This document shows positions 33,959 through 45,200 of a stretch of DNA of 64,000 nucleotides, piece by piece. The number at the start of each line of letters is the position of its first letter. Position 1 is the stretch's first letter. A program made the translations under genes and the position numbers. The notes beneath the pieces are model-generated. The model had not been told where the DNA came from and made no database searches. It was given only the letters and a program-made list of their open reading frames with translations. Origin of the DNA: an uncultured bacterium (GTDB lineage: Bacteria; Patescibacteriota; Minisyncoccia; Phycocordibacterales; GWA1-40-21); NCBI GenBank assembly GCA_903831305.1, contig CAIKXE010000002.1, positions 15,934-79,933 of the forward strand, read 5' to 3'.

Positions 33959-35818
33959 ATGAAATATATCAAATGGTGGGTGGCGGATACAGTACTTATG
34001 GTCTTTCTTCTGGTAGTCCTACTCCTTGAGGGTTTGAATAGTTTACATGTGGACATTCATAATCCGCTTATTGCTATTGTGGCCGTGATCGGGACTATAC
34101 CCGTGGCTTGGAGCGCTATCAAGGTGGTTTATAGTAGAAAAATTTCCATTGACCTTTTAGCAGCGATTGCTTTGATCTTTTCTTTGATTGAAAAACAGTG
34201 GCTATCCGCTATCTTTATAAACTTGATGCTTACCTCCGCCCGCCTGCTTTTGGCTTATAATGAAGCACGCGCCAGGAAGAATCTGGAGAGCTTGCTCAAA
34301 CTAAAGCCATTAAATATCAAAGTAAAAACGGAGGTCGGAATAATAGAGGTAAAATATCAGGAGGTAAAAGTGGGTGATGTGGTAATGATAGATTTAGGTG
34401 AGCGTATACCGGTGGATGGTACGGTGATCTCGGGGTCAGCATCCATAGATGAGTCATCTTTGACCGGCGAGTCTATACCCGTAAATAAAACGGCGGGTGA
34501 TATGGTGGCGAGCTCTGGTTTGGTGGTTTCTGGTAATCTGATGATTCGGACGGAGAAGGTAGCGGGGGACACCACCCTGGAGAAGATAATCAAAATGGTG
34601 GAGCAAGCCCAGATTGACAAGCCGGATATTCACACGGTGGCCGAAAAGTTTGCCACTTGGTATCTGGCGATTATTTTTGTTTTGACTGTTATTTTGTATT
34701 TTTTTACGCAGGATATGACCTTGATTCTGGCCGTTCTCTTGGTCATCTGTGCGGATGATATTGCGGTGGCTATGCCTCTGACTTTCCTCACCGCCATCAG
34801 TTTCTCTGCTAAAAAGGGTATTATTATAAAAGGAGCAAGTTTTTTAGAGGCTTTACGGGATATCAAGGTGATTTTTGTGGATAAGACCGGGACTCTGACC
34901 AAGGGCAAATTAAAGGTGGAGGGTTTTATCTCTGAATTACCAGAGCAAGATGCTATTTTAAAATACGCTGGTATCTGTGCTGAGCTCTCTGATCACCCTA
35001 TGTCCAAGGCCATCGCTTTATATTCTATCGGCACCAAGGGACAGGGTGTTGAAATACCGGAAACCTTTAGTGAAGTCAGTGGTAATGGTATGCGAGCGAT
35101 TTTTGCCGGTCAAGAGTTACTTTTAGGTCGGCAATCATTTTTGGAAAATAACAATATCAAGATTTCTCCCAAGGTTTTAGCAGAAATAACAGCAGAAGAG
35201 GAGAAGGGTTTTAATGTAACCTTTTTGTCTTACGGTCAAAATTATGTGGGTTATTTTATTATTGCGGATGAGATAAAAGAAAATATAAAGTCCTCTATGG
35301 AGGAATTAAAAAAACTTGGAGTGGAAAAGATCATCATGCTCACCGGGGATAATGAGCGGGTAGCCAGGCGGATAAAAGAGGTGACGGGTATTACAGATTT
35401 TTATGCTAATTTATCACCCGGGCAAAAACTGGAGCATATTAAAAACAGTCTAAATAAAAAATACAAAGTGGCCATGATCGGTGATGGTATCAATGATGCC
35501 GCGGCACTCTCCTTGTCTGATGTGGGGATTGCCATGGGGGGAATTGGCTATGATGTAGCCATTGAATCCGCTGATGTGGTGCTTATGAAGGATGATTTCT
35601 CCAGGGTGCCACAAATGATTAAAATATCAAAGTATGTGATGAATATTGCGGAGCAGGACTTTTGGATCTGGGGGTCCACAAACCTCATCGGTTTAACCTT
35701 GGTTTTTATGGGTATTTTAGCTCCTACGGGTGCCTCAGCCTATAACTTCCTGACAGATTTTCTGCCCCTTTTTAATTCCACCCGTATCTTTCAGGTCTAT
35801 TTGAAGGAAAAGGTTTAA
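33959..35818 (+). CDS. Cation-transporting P-type ATPase (short, 619 aa)
   Basis: DKTGTLT phosphorylation motif, TGES-like actuator motif (TGESIP), GDGINDA hinge. No CPC motif and no N-terminal metal-binding domain were seen. Confidence 0.8.
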   Translation: MKYIKWWVADTVLMVFLLVVLLLEGLNSLHVDIHNPLIAIVAVIGTIPVAWSAIKVVYSRKISIDLLAAIALIFSLIEKQWLSAIFINLMLTSARLLLAYNEARARKNLESLLKLKPLNIKVKTEVGIIEVKYQEVKVGDVVMIDLGERIPVDGTVISGSASIDESSLTGESIPVNKTAGDMVASSGLVVSGNLMIRTEKVAGDTTLEKIIKMVEQAQIDKPDIHTVAEKFATWYLAIIFVLTVILYFFTQDMTLILAVLLVICADDIAVAMPLTFLTAISFSAKKGIIIKGASFLEALRDIKVIFVDKTGTLTKGKLKVEGFISELPEQDAILKYAGICAELSDHPMSKAIALYSIGTKGQGVEIPETFSEVSGNGMRAIFAGQELLLGRQSFLENNNIKISPKVLAEITAEEEKGFNVTFLSYGQNYVGYFIIADEIKENIKSSMEELKKLGVEKIIMLTGDNERVARRIKEVTGITDFYANLSPGQKLEHIKNSLNKKYKVAMIGDGINDAAALSLSDVGIAMGGIGYDVAIESADVVLMKDDFSRVPQMIKISKYVMNIAEQDFWIWGSTNLIGLTLVFMGILAPTGASAYNFLTDFLPLFNSTRIFQVYLKEKV

Positions 35819-35866
35819 ATTTATATTTGTATTGCATTATATTTTAGCTGATATATAATACTAGGT

Positions 35867-36271
35867 ATGGAAAATACACAAAAATTTACTCCTGGGACCA
35901 AGATCGTCATTGTGGAAGATGACAAGTTTCTTGGTGGTTTGGTTTTTAAAAAATTAATTGAAGAGGGTTGTACTGTCCGTCATATTGAAAGTGGAGAGAG
36001 AGCTCAGGCCTCAATTGAATCAGAAATACCAGATTTGATATTTTTGGACTTACTTTTGCCCGGCGTTAGTGGTTTTGATATTTTGGCTGGTTTAAAGAAA
36101 AATGATGATACCAAAGATATTCCAGTGGTTCTTTTGTCAAACTTAGGTGAGAGGGATGATATCCGAAAAGGTCTGGATTTAGGAGCAACTAGTTTTCTAA
36201 TCAAGGCGTCTATGACGGTAGATAGTATTATTGCTGAGGCCTCAAGAATCCTTCGAGCCAGGAAGAAATAA
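35867..36271 (+). CDS. Single-domain response regulator receiver protein
   Basis: IVIVEDDKFL...DLIFLDLLLPGVSGF...KDIPVVLLSN receiver motifs; 134 aa. Confidence 0.75.
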   Translation: MENTQKFTPGTKIVIVEDDKFLGGLVFKKLIEEGCTVRHIESGERAQASIESEIPDLIFLDLLLPGVSGFDILAGLKKNDDTKDIPVVLLSNLGERDDIRKGLDLGATSFLIKASMTVDSIIAEASRILRARKK

Positions 36272-36272
36272 G

Positions 36273-36989
36273 CTAATTTTTTTGTAAGAATAGTAGATAC
36301 TCTTTATTCCCTGATCCGCCTAGGATCGGGGAATCAATAGTTTTAACTACAGCCAAATGGTTTTGTGCACAAAAGTTCTTGATTTTTTCTAATACTTTTT
36401 CTCGGATCTGATCATTTTTAACAACACCACTTTTATTTTTATCTATATTAGCACTTTCAAATTGTGGTTTAACTAAAGCAATAATCTTGCTTTTTTCTTT
36501 GAGTAAATCAGATACTTTTTGTAAAACCAGTGCCAGTGAGATAAAAGAGACATCAATCACTGCTAGATCGGCTTTCTCCGGTAATTTATTAATTTTTCTG
36601 ATATCGGTTCTTTCCATAGAAATTACGCGCGGGTCAGTTTTTAGTTTGGAATCTAATTGATCAGTTCCTACGTCCACCGCGTAGACTTTTTTAGCCCCAG
36701 CTTGTAATAGGCAATCCGTAAAGCCACCAGTAGAGGAACCAATGTCTAAAACCGTTAGACCAGTGGGGTCCACTTGAAACTCCGTCAGGGCCTTTTCCAG
36801 CTTGAGTCCGCCCCGTCCGACATATTTAGGCTGGGCTGTTATCTCGATATCTGTTTCTAACGGGTATTCTTTGGCTGGTTTAGTCACTACTTCACCATTA
36901 GCCTTGACTAGACCTTTTTTAATTAAGTCCACTGCTACCGCCCTACTTTTTGTCAGTTTCTTTTTGGTAATTAATATATCTAATCTCAT
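36273..36989 (-). CDS. tlyA: TlyA family rRNA (cytidine-2'-O)-methyltransferase
   Basis: N-terminal S4 domain (MRLDILITKKKLTKSRAVAVDLIKKGLVKANG) plus an FtsJ-like methyltransferase with GSSTGGFTD. Confidence 0.8.
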   Translation of the reverse strand: MRLDILITKKKLTKSRAVAVDLIKKGLVKANGEVVTKPAKEYPLETDIEITAQPKYVGRGGLKLEKALTEFQVDPTGLTVLDIGSSTGGFTDCLLQAGAKKVYAVDVGTDQLDSKLKTDPRVISMERTDIRKINKLPEKADLAVIDVSFISLALVLQKVSDLLKEKSKIIALVKPQFESANIDKNKSGVVKNDQIREKVLEKIKNFCAQNHLAVVKTIDSPILGGSGNKEYLLFLQKN

Positions 36990-37034
36990 AAATACATATT
37001 AGTATATTTTTAAAAAATTTGATACACTAAAAGA

Positions 37035-37814
37035 ATGAAATGGAGACATTATTTATCTTTGGCTGGTTTAGCATTTTTTTTGAGTATTTTTGCCCTTATT
37101 TACACAGGTATTATTGATGTAAACTATCTGGATCTGAAGTCTAGGATTAATTGGCTACCACTACTTATCGTGGCAGCGGCTTTTGTGGATAGTATTAATC
37201 CTTGTGCTTTCTCTGTCCTGTTTATCACTTTGGCTTTTTTATTTAGTCTCGGGCATAGCCGGTCACAGATTATTAAAACTGGTTTGGTCTATGTCGGGGG
37301 AATATTTTTGACTTATATTTTAATTGGCCTGGGGATATTAAAGGTTCTGACTATTTTCAATATTCCAAACAGTATGGCCAAGCTGGGAGCCATCGCTATT
37401 ATTATCTTTGGTGTCATTAATCTTTTAAATGAGTTTTTTCCCAAATTTCCGATCAAGCTTAAAATGCCAGACGCCTCACACAGTAAAGTGGGGGAGCTGA
37501 TTGCCAAGGCTACTGTGCCGGCTGCTTTTATTCTAGGACTGCTCGTGGGGATGTTTGAGTTTCCTTGTACCGGGGGCCCGTATTTGCTGGTGTTGGGCTT
37601 ACTACATGATGAAGCTAATTTTATGAAAGGTTTTTGGTATTTAGTTTTGTATAATTTTATCTTTGTTCTGCCATTACTTATTGCTATCTTTATCTCCACG
37701 GATAAGCCCATCTTAGAAAAGCTGGATAAATTACGCCGACTGGAGACTAAAAAGGGGCGCGTGTGGGTAGCCCTCATTGTTATCGCTATGGGTTTATTAG
37801 TTTTTATAATATAA
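37035..37814 (+). CDS. CcdA/DsbD-family thiol-disulfide transporter (cytochrome c biogenesis-like)
   Basis: Conserved Cys in SINPCAFSVL and FPCTGGPY; six TM segments. Confidence 0.7.
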   Translation: MKWRHYLSLAGLAFFLSIFALIYTGIIDVNYLDLKSRINWLPLLIVAAAFVDSINPCAFSVLFITLAFLFSLGHSRSQIIKTGLVYVGGIFLTYILIGLGILKVLTIFNIPNSMAKLGAIAIIIFGVINLLNEFFPKFPIKLKMPDASHSKVGELIAKATVPAAFILGLLVGMFEFPCTGGPYLLVLGLLHDEANFMKGFWYLVLYNFIFVLPLLIAIFISTDKPILEKLDKLRRLETKKGRVWVALIVIAMGLLVFII

Positions 37815-37821
37815 TTTAAAT

Positions 37822-38325
37822 ATGACTGAAGACACAAATATAAAATATGCCGAGATTTATAAGAAGGTAGAGGCTATGAAAGCCAGTGGAACTTTGGATT
37901 TATCTACTGAGGAGGATCTAGCTATAGCGATTATGAATTTGATTTCTTTGGAAGAGCATTTTTACTTTACCGGGGCCAAGACAGATAAGCCAGAATATTT
38001 TGATTTGATGAACGAAGTCCGTCTAATGCGCACCAAACTTTTGGCTCGGCTGATAGATAAGAAGGAAGGCGAGGTCTGGTGTATCTCTAAGCATTTATTG
38101 GCTACTTCTATGCGTCTGATGGAGGTCGGTACCAAGCTACAGAAGGAGGGTAAAAAGGATGAGGCCAGGGATTTTTTCACTGATTCTCACAAGATGTTTA
38201 ACTTATTCTTTGCTCTGAGACTTAAAATTGTCAGTATCCCCGATTTGAAAAAGGTGGCAGAAGCAGAACAACCAATGACTCTGAAGGATGTGATGTCTAA
38301 ATTAGTAGATTGTTGTAATGAATAA
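37822..38325 (+). CDS. Hypothetical protein (167 aa) between ccdA-like and thioredoxin-like genes
   Basis: ORF only; no recognisable motif. Confidence 0.4.
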   Translation: MTEDTNIKYAEIYKKVEAMKASGTLDLSTEEDLAIAIMNLISLEEHFYFTGAKTDKPEYFDLMNEVRLMRTKLLARLIDKKEGEVWCISKHLLATSMRLMEVGTKLQKEGKKDEARDFFTDSHKMFNLFFALRLKIVSIPDLKKVAEAEQPMTLKDVMSKLVDCCNE

Positions 38326-38713
38326 TGATATGAAAAATAAAAGTGAAATTATTGTTCCTGTTATCGTTGGTATATTGACGCTCGTTTTCGTCGGACTTTT
38401 TGCTTACTTTGGTAGTAGTGGTGGGGTTGTGAAAAATGATAAAACTGGCCTTTTTGAAGGGCAAATGAGTTTGGAAAAGCTTTCTGAAATAAGTACTTGT
38501 CCATTGACCAGTGATAAGGATAGTTTTGCTAAATGTTTGACAGAAAAAGGTTGGACCATGTATGGGGCCAAGTGGTGCTCTCATTGCCAGGCACAAAAAG
38601 ATTTATTTGGTGATTCATTTCAGTATGTTACCTATGTGGAATGTCCGGACAACGCAGAATTATGCGTGGCGGAGGGAATAAACGGTTATCCGACCTGGAA
38701 AGTCAAAAAATAG
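38318..38713 (+). CDS. Thioredoxin-fold protein with WCxxC active site, membrane-anchored
   Basis: N-terminal TM; GAKWCSHCQAQK active-site motif; 131 aa. Confidence 0.65.
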   Translation: MNNDMKNKSEIIVPVIVGILTLVFVGLFAYFGSSGGVVKNDKTGLFEGQMSLEKLSEISTCPLTSDKDSFAKCLTEKGWTMYGAKWCSHCQAQKDLFGDSFQYVTYVECPDNAELCVAEGINGYPTWKVKK

Positions 38714-38882
38714 CCGGCTTGTGGATAACCTTTTCCTTGCATCTTTCTGTGGGCTTGATACAATATATAGCAAGCTTAAAAAGCGTTTATTAATTTATCA
38801 GCCTAATTAACAGCCCCGTAAAATTAATAGCGGGACAATGTTCTCAGAAAAATTGAGAAAATATAAAATGCCCAAAATAAAT

Positions 38883-39371
38883 ATGTCAAAGTGTGCTAAT
38901 TCCCAAAAAGGTTTCACCCTTTTGGAAATCCTGTTGGTTGTCGGTATCATTGCTATCTTGGCTGGTATCGTCATTTTGGCTATCAACCCTACCAAGCAGT
39001 TGGGTGATGCCAGAAATGCTCAAAGACGAGCAGATGTCCTCACTATTTTAAATGCCATTTATCAATATACTATTGATAACAATGGTACTATCCCTGCTAC
39101 TATTACCTCAACTTCTGCTTGCGCCTTAGGAGCAAGCCTGGAGATTGCCACTGGTACGGCTACTACTACCGGAAGCCTGGTTGGACTATACTCATACCTT
39201 GTCGGATCAGCCGCCGCTTCTTCTACCTATATCGTTTCTATTCCTAGGGATCCACTTGCTACCTCTACTGGTCCTGGTTCTGGCTATTCTGTCACTAAAA
39301 CTGCTTCAAGTCGGATTACAGTTTGTGCTCCGCTTGCTGAAAACGCTGTTTCTATTTCTGTCACCAGATAA
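38883..39371 (+). CDS. Type IV pilin (prepilin)
   Basis: MSKCANSQKGFTLLEILLVVGIIAILAG. The track ORF starts at 38838; 38868 and 38883 are alternative in-frame ATGs. Confidence 0.75.
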   Translation: MSKCANSQKGFTLLEILLVVGIIAILAGIVILAINPTKQLGDARNAQRRADVLTILNAIYQYTIDNNGTIPATITSTSACALGASLEIATGTATTTGSLVGLYSYLVGSAAASSTYIVSIPRDPLATSTGPGSGYSVTKTASSRITVCAPLAENAVSISVTR

Positions 39372-39440
39372 TCATATCTTTGTCCGCTTGTCTTGGACGA
39401 GCGGATTGTAGGTTTGGCTATTTTTATTGAAACAAAAGAG

Positions 39441-41135
39441 ATGCCTTTAACACTAGAAAAATTAAAAGAAATACTAGTTTCGGGCAACTATGTCAATGAA
39501 CAAAGTTTGGAAAATGCGGCGGCCACCGCTTTAAAAAAAGGTGAGCCTATAGAAGTGGTTTTGGTGCGGGAAGAAATGATTAAGGATGAAAAGCTGGGGG
39601 AGGCAATTTCCAAGTATTATAATGTCCCTTATACGGATTTGCGAGAGGAAAATATTCAAAATGATTTATTGGAAATGTTACCTGAGGCGGTAGCTTTGAA
39701 GCAAAATGCCGTGATTTTTGCTAAAACTGATGAGGGTTATAGCTTGGCTACTTCAGAACCGACTAATCTGAGTTTTATAAAAAGCGTGGATCAGTCTACT
39801 GAAGGACGAATCAAGATTTATTATGCTACTCCTTCCGGGATGCTTGAGGCTTTTAAGGCCTATAAGAATAATATCTTCAAGAATGTCTTGGATCTGATTG
39901 AAAACTATAAAGTGCACAATGATGAAAATAGTGTGGTGCTTCTGGTCAATCAGTTTTTGGAATATGCTTATGATAATAATGCTTCAGATGTACACATAGA
40001 GCCTTTGGCAAATAATGTGGTGTCTGTTCGTTTCCGTATTGATGGTATTTTGACTGAGGTGGTGCGTTATCCGATCGAGATGCATGACAAGATTATTTTT
40101 CGGGTAAAGATCATGTCTCACCTCCGTACGGATGAGCGCGGAGCGACGCAAGACGGTCGCTTTGAATATAAAACTGATCAGATGGAGTTTGACGTGCGTG
40201 TCTCTATTTTGCCAATTACTAATGGAGAAAATATTGTTTTTCGTATTCTCTCTGAGCGAGCCAAGAAAGTCCAGCTTGAGGATTTGGGTTTGAGTACTTT
40301 TGACTTAATAAAGGTTAAAAGGGCTATTGCTCAGCCTTATGGTATGATACTCGTGGTGGGGCCAACGGGGGCCGGTAAGACTACTACTTTATATTCTCTT
40401 ATTCAGATTTTAGCCGCCTTACCTATCAGTATTGTGACCATTGAAGATCCAGCAGAATACAGTATTGATAAGGTTCAGCAGATTCAGGTAAATCTGAAGA
40501 AAAATATTACTTTTGCCAATGGTCTACGTTCTATTGTGCGTCAGGATCCAGATGTGATTATGGTGGGAGAAATCCGTGATAGTGAGACCGCCAGTATTGC
40601 AGTGAACGCCGCTATGACTGGTCACCTTTTGTTTTCTACTTTGCATGCCAATGATTCGGCCACTATCTTTCCACGTTTGTTTGAGATGGGGGTGGAACCA
40701 TTTTTGGTAGCTTCCTCCATTAACGTGGTAGTAGCCCAGAGACTAGTCAGAAAAGTCTGTCCAAATTGTCGGATTAATTATCCTAAAACAGCGGCTGATA
40801 TCCCAGCCATTTTAGAGCAAGAAAAAACACCACAGTTTAAGGCTATGATGTCTAGGTTTTTTCCTAATAAGGAGCTTAAGGATATCAAGCTTTATCGGGG
40901 AACTGGTTGCAAGGCCTGCAAGCATACCGGTTACTTGGGGCGTATTGCCGTGTTTGAAGTGATGGAAGTGGATGATGATGTGCGAGCTTTAATCAGCGTC
41001 AAATCTTCCTCTTCAATGGTTAAAAATAAAGCCGAAGCCAATGGTATGACGCTTATGTATTACAATGGTTTGGTGCACTTGTTTAATGGTATCACCACCT
41101 TTGATGAATTAGAGGGGCTTTCCAATTTTGATTAA
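39441..41135 (+). CDS. Second PilB/GspE-family pilus ATPase
   Basis: Walker A GPTGAGKTT, ASDVHIEP...RFRIDG, C-terminal CPNC...CKAC zinc motif. The track start at 39393 was moved to the ATG at 39441 preceded by AAAGAG. Confidence 0.85.
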   Translation: MPLTLEKLKEILVSGNYVNEQSLENAAATALKKGEPIEVVLVREEMIKDEKLGEAISKYYNVPYTDLREENIQNDLLEMLPEAVALKQNAVIFAKTDEGYSLATSEPTNLSFIKSVDQSTEGRIKIYYATPSGMLEAFKAYKNNIFKNVLDLIENYKVHNDENSVVLLVNQFLEYAYDNNASDVHIEPLANNVVSVRFRIDGILTEVVRYPIEMHDKIIFRVKIMSHLRTDERGATQDGRFEYKTDQMEFDVRVSILPITNGENIVFRILSERAKKVQLEDLGLSTFDLIKVKRAIAQPYGMILVVGPTGAGKTTTLYSLIQILAALPISIVTIEDPAEYSIDKVQQIQVNLKKNITFANGLRSIVRQDPDVIMVGEIRDSETASIAVNAAMTGHLLFSTLHANDSATIFPRLFEMGVEPFLVASSINVVVAQRLVRKVCPNCRINYPKTAADIPAILEQEKTPQFKAMMSRFFPNKELKDIKLYRGTGCKACKHTGYLGRIAVFEVMEVDDDVRALISVKSSSSMVKNKAEANGMTLMYYNGLVHLFNGITTFDELEGLSNFD

Positions 41136-41144
41136 CCCTAAAAT

Positions 41145-42209
41145 ATGAAAATCAATTTATCATTTTTTAATAAAATATCACTGGAGGACCAAATCAGTTT
41201 TTCCAAAAATTTGGCGGTACTGCTTCGCGGTGGAGTGACGATCAATGAGGCGGTGGATTCCTTGGCTAGCCAGTCCAAGGGTAATATGCGCAAGGTTTTG
41301 TATCGTATCAAAGGTCATTTGGAAAATGGTGTTTCTCTTTATTCGGCTATCAGTGAAGAACCAGGGGCTTTTGGCCAGATTTTTATGAGTTTGGTCAAGG
41401 CGGGCGAGCTCTCAGGTTCCTTGTCTGAAAACTTGGAGTTTTTAGCCACCTGGCTCGAGCGGGATAGTAATCTGAGGCGAGAGATCAATGGTGTTTTGCT
41501 TTATCCCAAGATCGTTTTGACCGCCGTGGTCCTGCTTGGTGGTGGGTTATCTATTTTTATTTTGCCTAAATTAGTACCGATGTTCACCAGTCTTAACGTG
41601 ACTTTGCCCCTGATTACTAGAATAGTTTTGGCCGTTTCGGTCTTCCTACAGTCTTATTGGGTAAAGGTTATTGTCGGCACTTTCTCCACCATTACCGCCA
41701 CTTTTTTAATTTTTAAAATCCCTGTTATGAAGTACCTTTACCATAAAACCTTGGTTCATTTCCCTTATATTCAGAAATTTATTGTAGGGTATCAGCTGGC
41801 TCTCTTTTCTCAGTTGATGGGGACCCTGCTAAAGTCAGGTATCCCGATCGACGAGGCTTTAGAAGTAGCTTATGTAGGGACATCAAATTTGTATTATAAA
41901 AAAGTATTAAAGGAAATAATGGATCGGACTAATATGGGGGTATCATTGGTGGGAACAATGCATCTTTATCCCGAGCTTTATCCGGCAAACTCTTTGAGTA
42001 TTTTGTCTGTAGGAGAGAGTAGCGGAACGTTGGAGGACTCCTTTTTTAAGATTTCGGAATTTTGGACTAAAGATATTTTGGATCGGACCAAGCTCTTACC
42101 AACCATTATTGAACCAGTTCTTTTGGTAGTCATTGCGGCGGCGGTGGGAATGATCGCTCTTTCTATTGTCATGCCGATTTATAAACTGACCGGAAATTTG
42201 AAGAATTAG
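41145..42209 (+). CDS. Second PilC/GspF-family platform protein
   Basis: 354 aa, GspF repeats, three TM segments. Confidence 0.8.
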   Translation: MKINLSFFNKISLEDQISFSKNLAVLLRGGVTINEAVDSLASQSKGNMRKVLYRIKGHLENGVSLYSAISEEPGAFGQIFMSLVKAGELSGSLSENLEFLATWLERDSNLRREINGVLLYPKIVLTAVVLLGGGLSIFILPKLVPMFTSLNVTLPLITRIVLAVSVFLQSYWVKVIVGTFSTITATFLIFKIPVMKYLYHKTLVHFPYIQKFIVGYQLALFSQLMGTLLKSGIPIDEALEVAYVGTSNLYYKKVLKEIMDRTNMGVSLVGTMHLYPELYPANSLSILSVGESSGTLEDSFFKISEFWTKDILDRTKLLPTIIEPVLLVVIAAAVGMIALSIVMPIYKLTGNLKN

Positions 42210-42246
42210 ACAACCTCACTGGGCTAAAGTATGTTATAATAATCTT

Positions 42247-45200
42247 ATGAAGAGAGGTTTTTCTATGTTTGAACTTTTACTCGTAGTAGCTATTGCGGCG
42301 GTGATTTTTACTATTGTGGCCCCGGTGGGTATTAGCCTTTATCGAGCACAACTAGTGGAGGAGGTGCGGAGCAACATTATTGATGCCCTGCAAAAAGCTC
42401 GTCATAACTCTATTTTGCAAAAAGGGGATACGGCTTATGGAGTGCGCGTGGTAGCCGGGAGTTATACTATATTTCAGGGTGTGACATATGACACCAGGAA
42501 TATTGATGGAGATGAAGTTTTCCCGGTTGCCAGTAACGTCTCTTTTTCCGGTTGGCAGGATATTATTTTTGCTAAACTGACTGGCTTACCAAATGCTACG
42601 GGGACCCTGGCTATAAATTATAATGATATGAATCGTGGTATTGCGGTGGATATTTCTGGTGGTATTTCTAAGGTGGATGTGGTGGGCGGGGTGGAGGTGG
42701 TTACCGCTACTTATAGTGTCACTTTTGATGCAAATGGTGGTATTGGTAGTATGTCAGCTCAGACCTTTGATTCTGGGTCCACCGCTAATCTGAGTATTAA
42801 CACTTACACACGCTCTAGTTATGTTTTTGTTGGTTGGGCCACGAGTGTTGGTGGAGCAGTGTCTTATGCCGATGGTGCAAGTTATACTATGGGCTCTGCT
42901 AATGCCACACTATATGCCAAGTGGATAACGGTTCCCGGTGCACCCACTATTGGCACAGCTACTGCTGGTAATGCCACCTCTAGTGTCACATTCACTGCTC
43001 CGGCATCTGATGGTGGGGCAACTATTACTGGTTACACCGTCACTTCTAGCCCTGGTGGTCTCACTGGTACTGGTTCGGCTAGCCCTATTATCGTCACTGG
43101 TCTTTCAAATGGCACGGCCTACACGTTCACTGTCACCGCCACAAACTCTGTTGGCACCGGTACTTCTTCCGTCGCTTCAAACTCCATCATTCCTTCGGCT
43201 ATTTCAGCTGGTGGTCTAGTTTCTTACTGGCCGTTTGACGGTAATGCTAATGATATTATTGGTTCAAACCACGGCACAGTCTATGGTGGAGCATCTCTTG
43301 CTTCTGGTCTTAAGGGGGTCACCGACACGGCCTACAGTTTTGATGGTGTGGATGATTATATCAATGTAAACTCTTCATTTGGTAATCCAAATACAGTTAC
43401 TATTTCAGTTTGGTTTAAAACAAGCAGTAATGGAATTATATTTAATCAACATGATACCGTCTCACCTCCTACTAGCGCAAACTCTCATGTGCCAGCTCTC
43501 TGGGTGATTCCGGATGGTAGGCTTAGGGCTGAGTTATGGTCCGGAAGTATTGGAGCGATTTATAGTTCTAATAGTGTTGCTGATAATAATTGGCATCTTG
43601 CTACTTTAGTTGGTAATACTAATATTCAGTATTTATATCTTGATGGTGTTTTAGTGAATAGTAGAAGTGGTAACCTCAGTCAAAGCTGGTGGGCCAGAAC
43701 TACTTTTGGTGTCGGTTATGCAGCAAACCGTGAGGGCTCTGCTTCCGTTTGGAAATATTTTCCTGGATCGCTTGATCAAGTACATATTTATAACAGGGCC
43801 TTGTCTGGTTCAGAAATTTTGGTTATTTATAATGAGGAAAAACCGACCATCGTTGTCCCTGGTGCGCCCACTATTGGCACAGCTACCGCTGGTAACGCCA
43901 GCTCTAGTGTCACATTTACTGCTCCAGTTTTTAATGGTTATGAAAATATCACTAGCTATACGGTGACCTCTAGCCCGGGTGGCCTCACCGGTACTGGTTC
44001 GGCTAGCCCTATTATTGTCACCGGTCTTTCAAATGGCACGGCTTATACTTTTACTGTTACTGCTACTAATTCAGCTGGTACAAGTTTGTCTTCAGGCGCG
44101 TCCAACACGGTAATGCCGACGGTTGTTTCTGGAGGGCTTGCTTCATTTTGGCCGTTTGATGGTAATGCTAATGATTTGGCATCAACTAGTAATGGAACGG
44201 TTTATGGGGCTACAGCGACAACTGGTACTAGAGGCATAGCTAGTACGGCTTATAATTTTAATGCTAACACTGATTATATAGGAGGATTTGGGGATAATTT
44301 TGACATGGGGACCAATAATCAGACTATCTCTGCTTGGTATAAGGGAGGGACTTTGTCACAGATAGGGATGATTGTTGGTAAATCTCGTTATGCTGGCGGT
44401 GCTGGACGTTGGGCGGTGTATTTAACCACTGCCGGTAAGGTCGGAATGTTTATGAACTGTGGTGGTGCGGATATTGATGGTATTGGAACTAATTCTCGGG
44501 TCATAACTGATAATGTTTGGCATCATATTGTGGGAGTGTGGGACCGAGCCGGTAATTTTACTACTTATGTTGATGGTGTAGCTGATGGAGTAGTATCTAT
44601 CTCATCGTGTAATGGCTACAATATGGATAACCCTTATTACTTTTTGATTGGTACTTATGGTGATGAAACTGGTACGGGTGGTATAAAAACAATTTTGACG
44701 CTCAAGGGTAGCTTGGATCAGATTCGCTATTATAACAGGGCTCTTTCAGCTTCGGAAATTCTAGAAATTTTTAACACCGAGAGCCCTTGGTATAACAGTG
44801 CTTGGGCTTACCGCACCAGAATCACCATTGACCGCACCAAGGTAGCAAGCTCCACTGGCACGTTACTCGCTAATTTCCCCGTACTTATAAGTACTACCAG
44901 TGCCATGTTTAAAGATACGTCAAACAGTGGACACGTGGGGCAGGCGGATGGTGGGGATATTGTTTTCACTTCCGCTGACGGTATTACCAAGCTGGATCAT
45001 GAGATAGAGAGTTATACGCCCGCTTCTGGTAACCTCATCACCTGGGTGGAAGTGCCATCAGTTGCTACCACCACGAACACGGATATTTATATGTATTATG
45101 GCAATGCCAGTGTGGCAAATCAGTGGAATGCCTCAGGCACTTGGGATAGTAATTATAAAGGCGTGTGGCATTTATCTGATGCTGGTAATTCTACTAGTAC

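Noticed and set aside
33959-35818. Annotating the P-type ATPase specifically as a copper/heavy-metal (P1B) pump
   Set aside because: No CPC/CPH motif in the sixth TM helix and no N-terminal metal-binding domain were seen, so only the generic P-type call is made.
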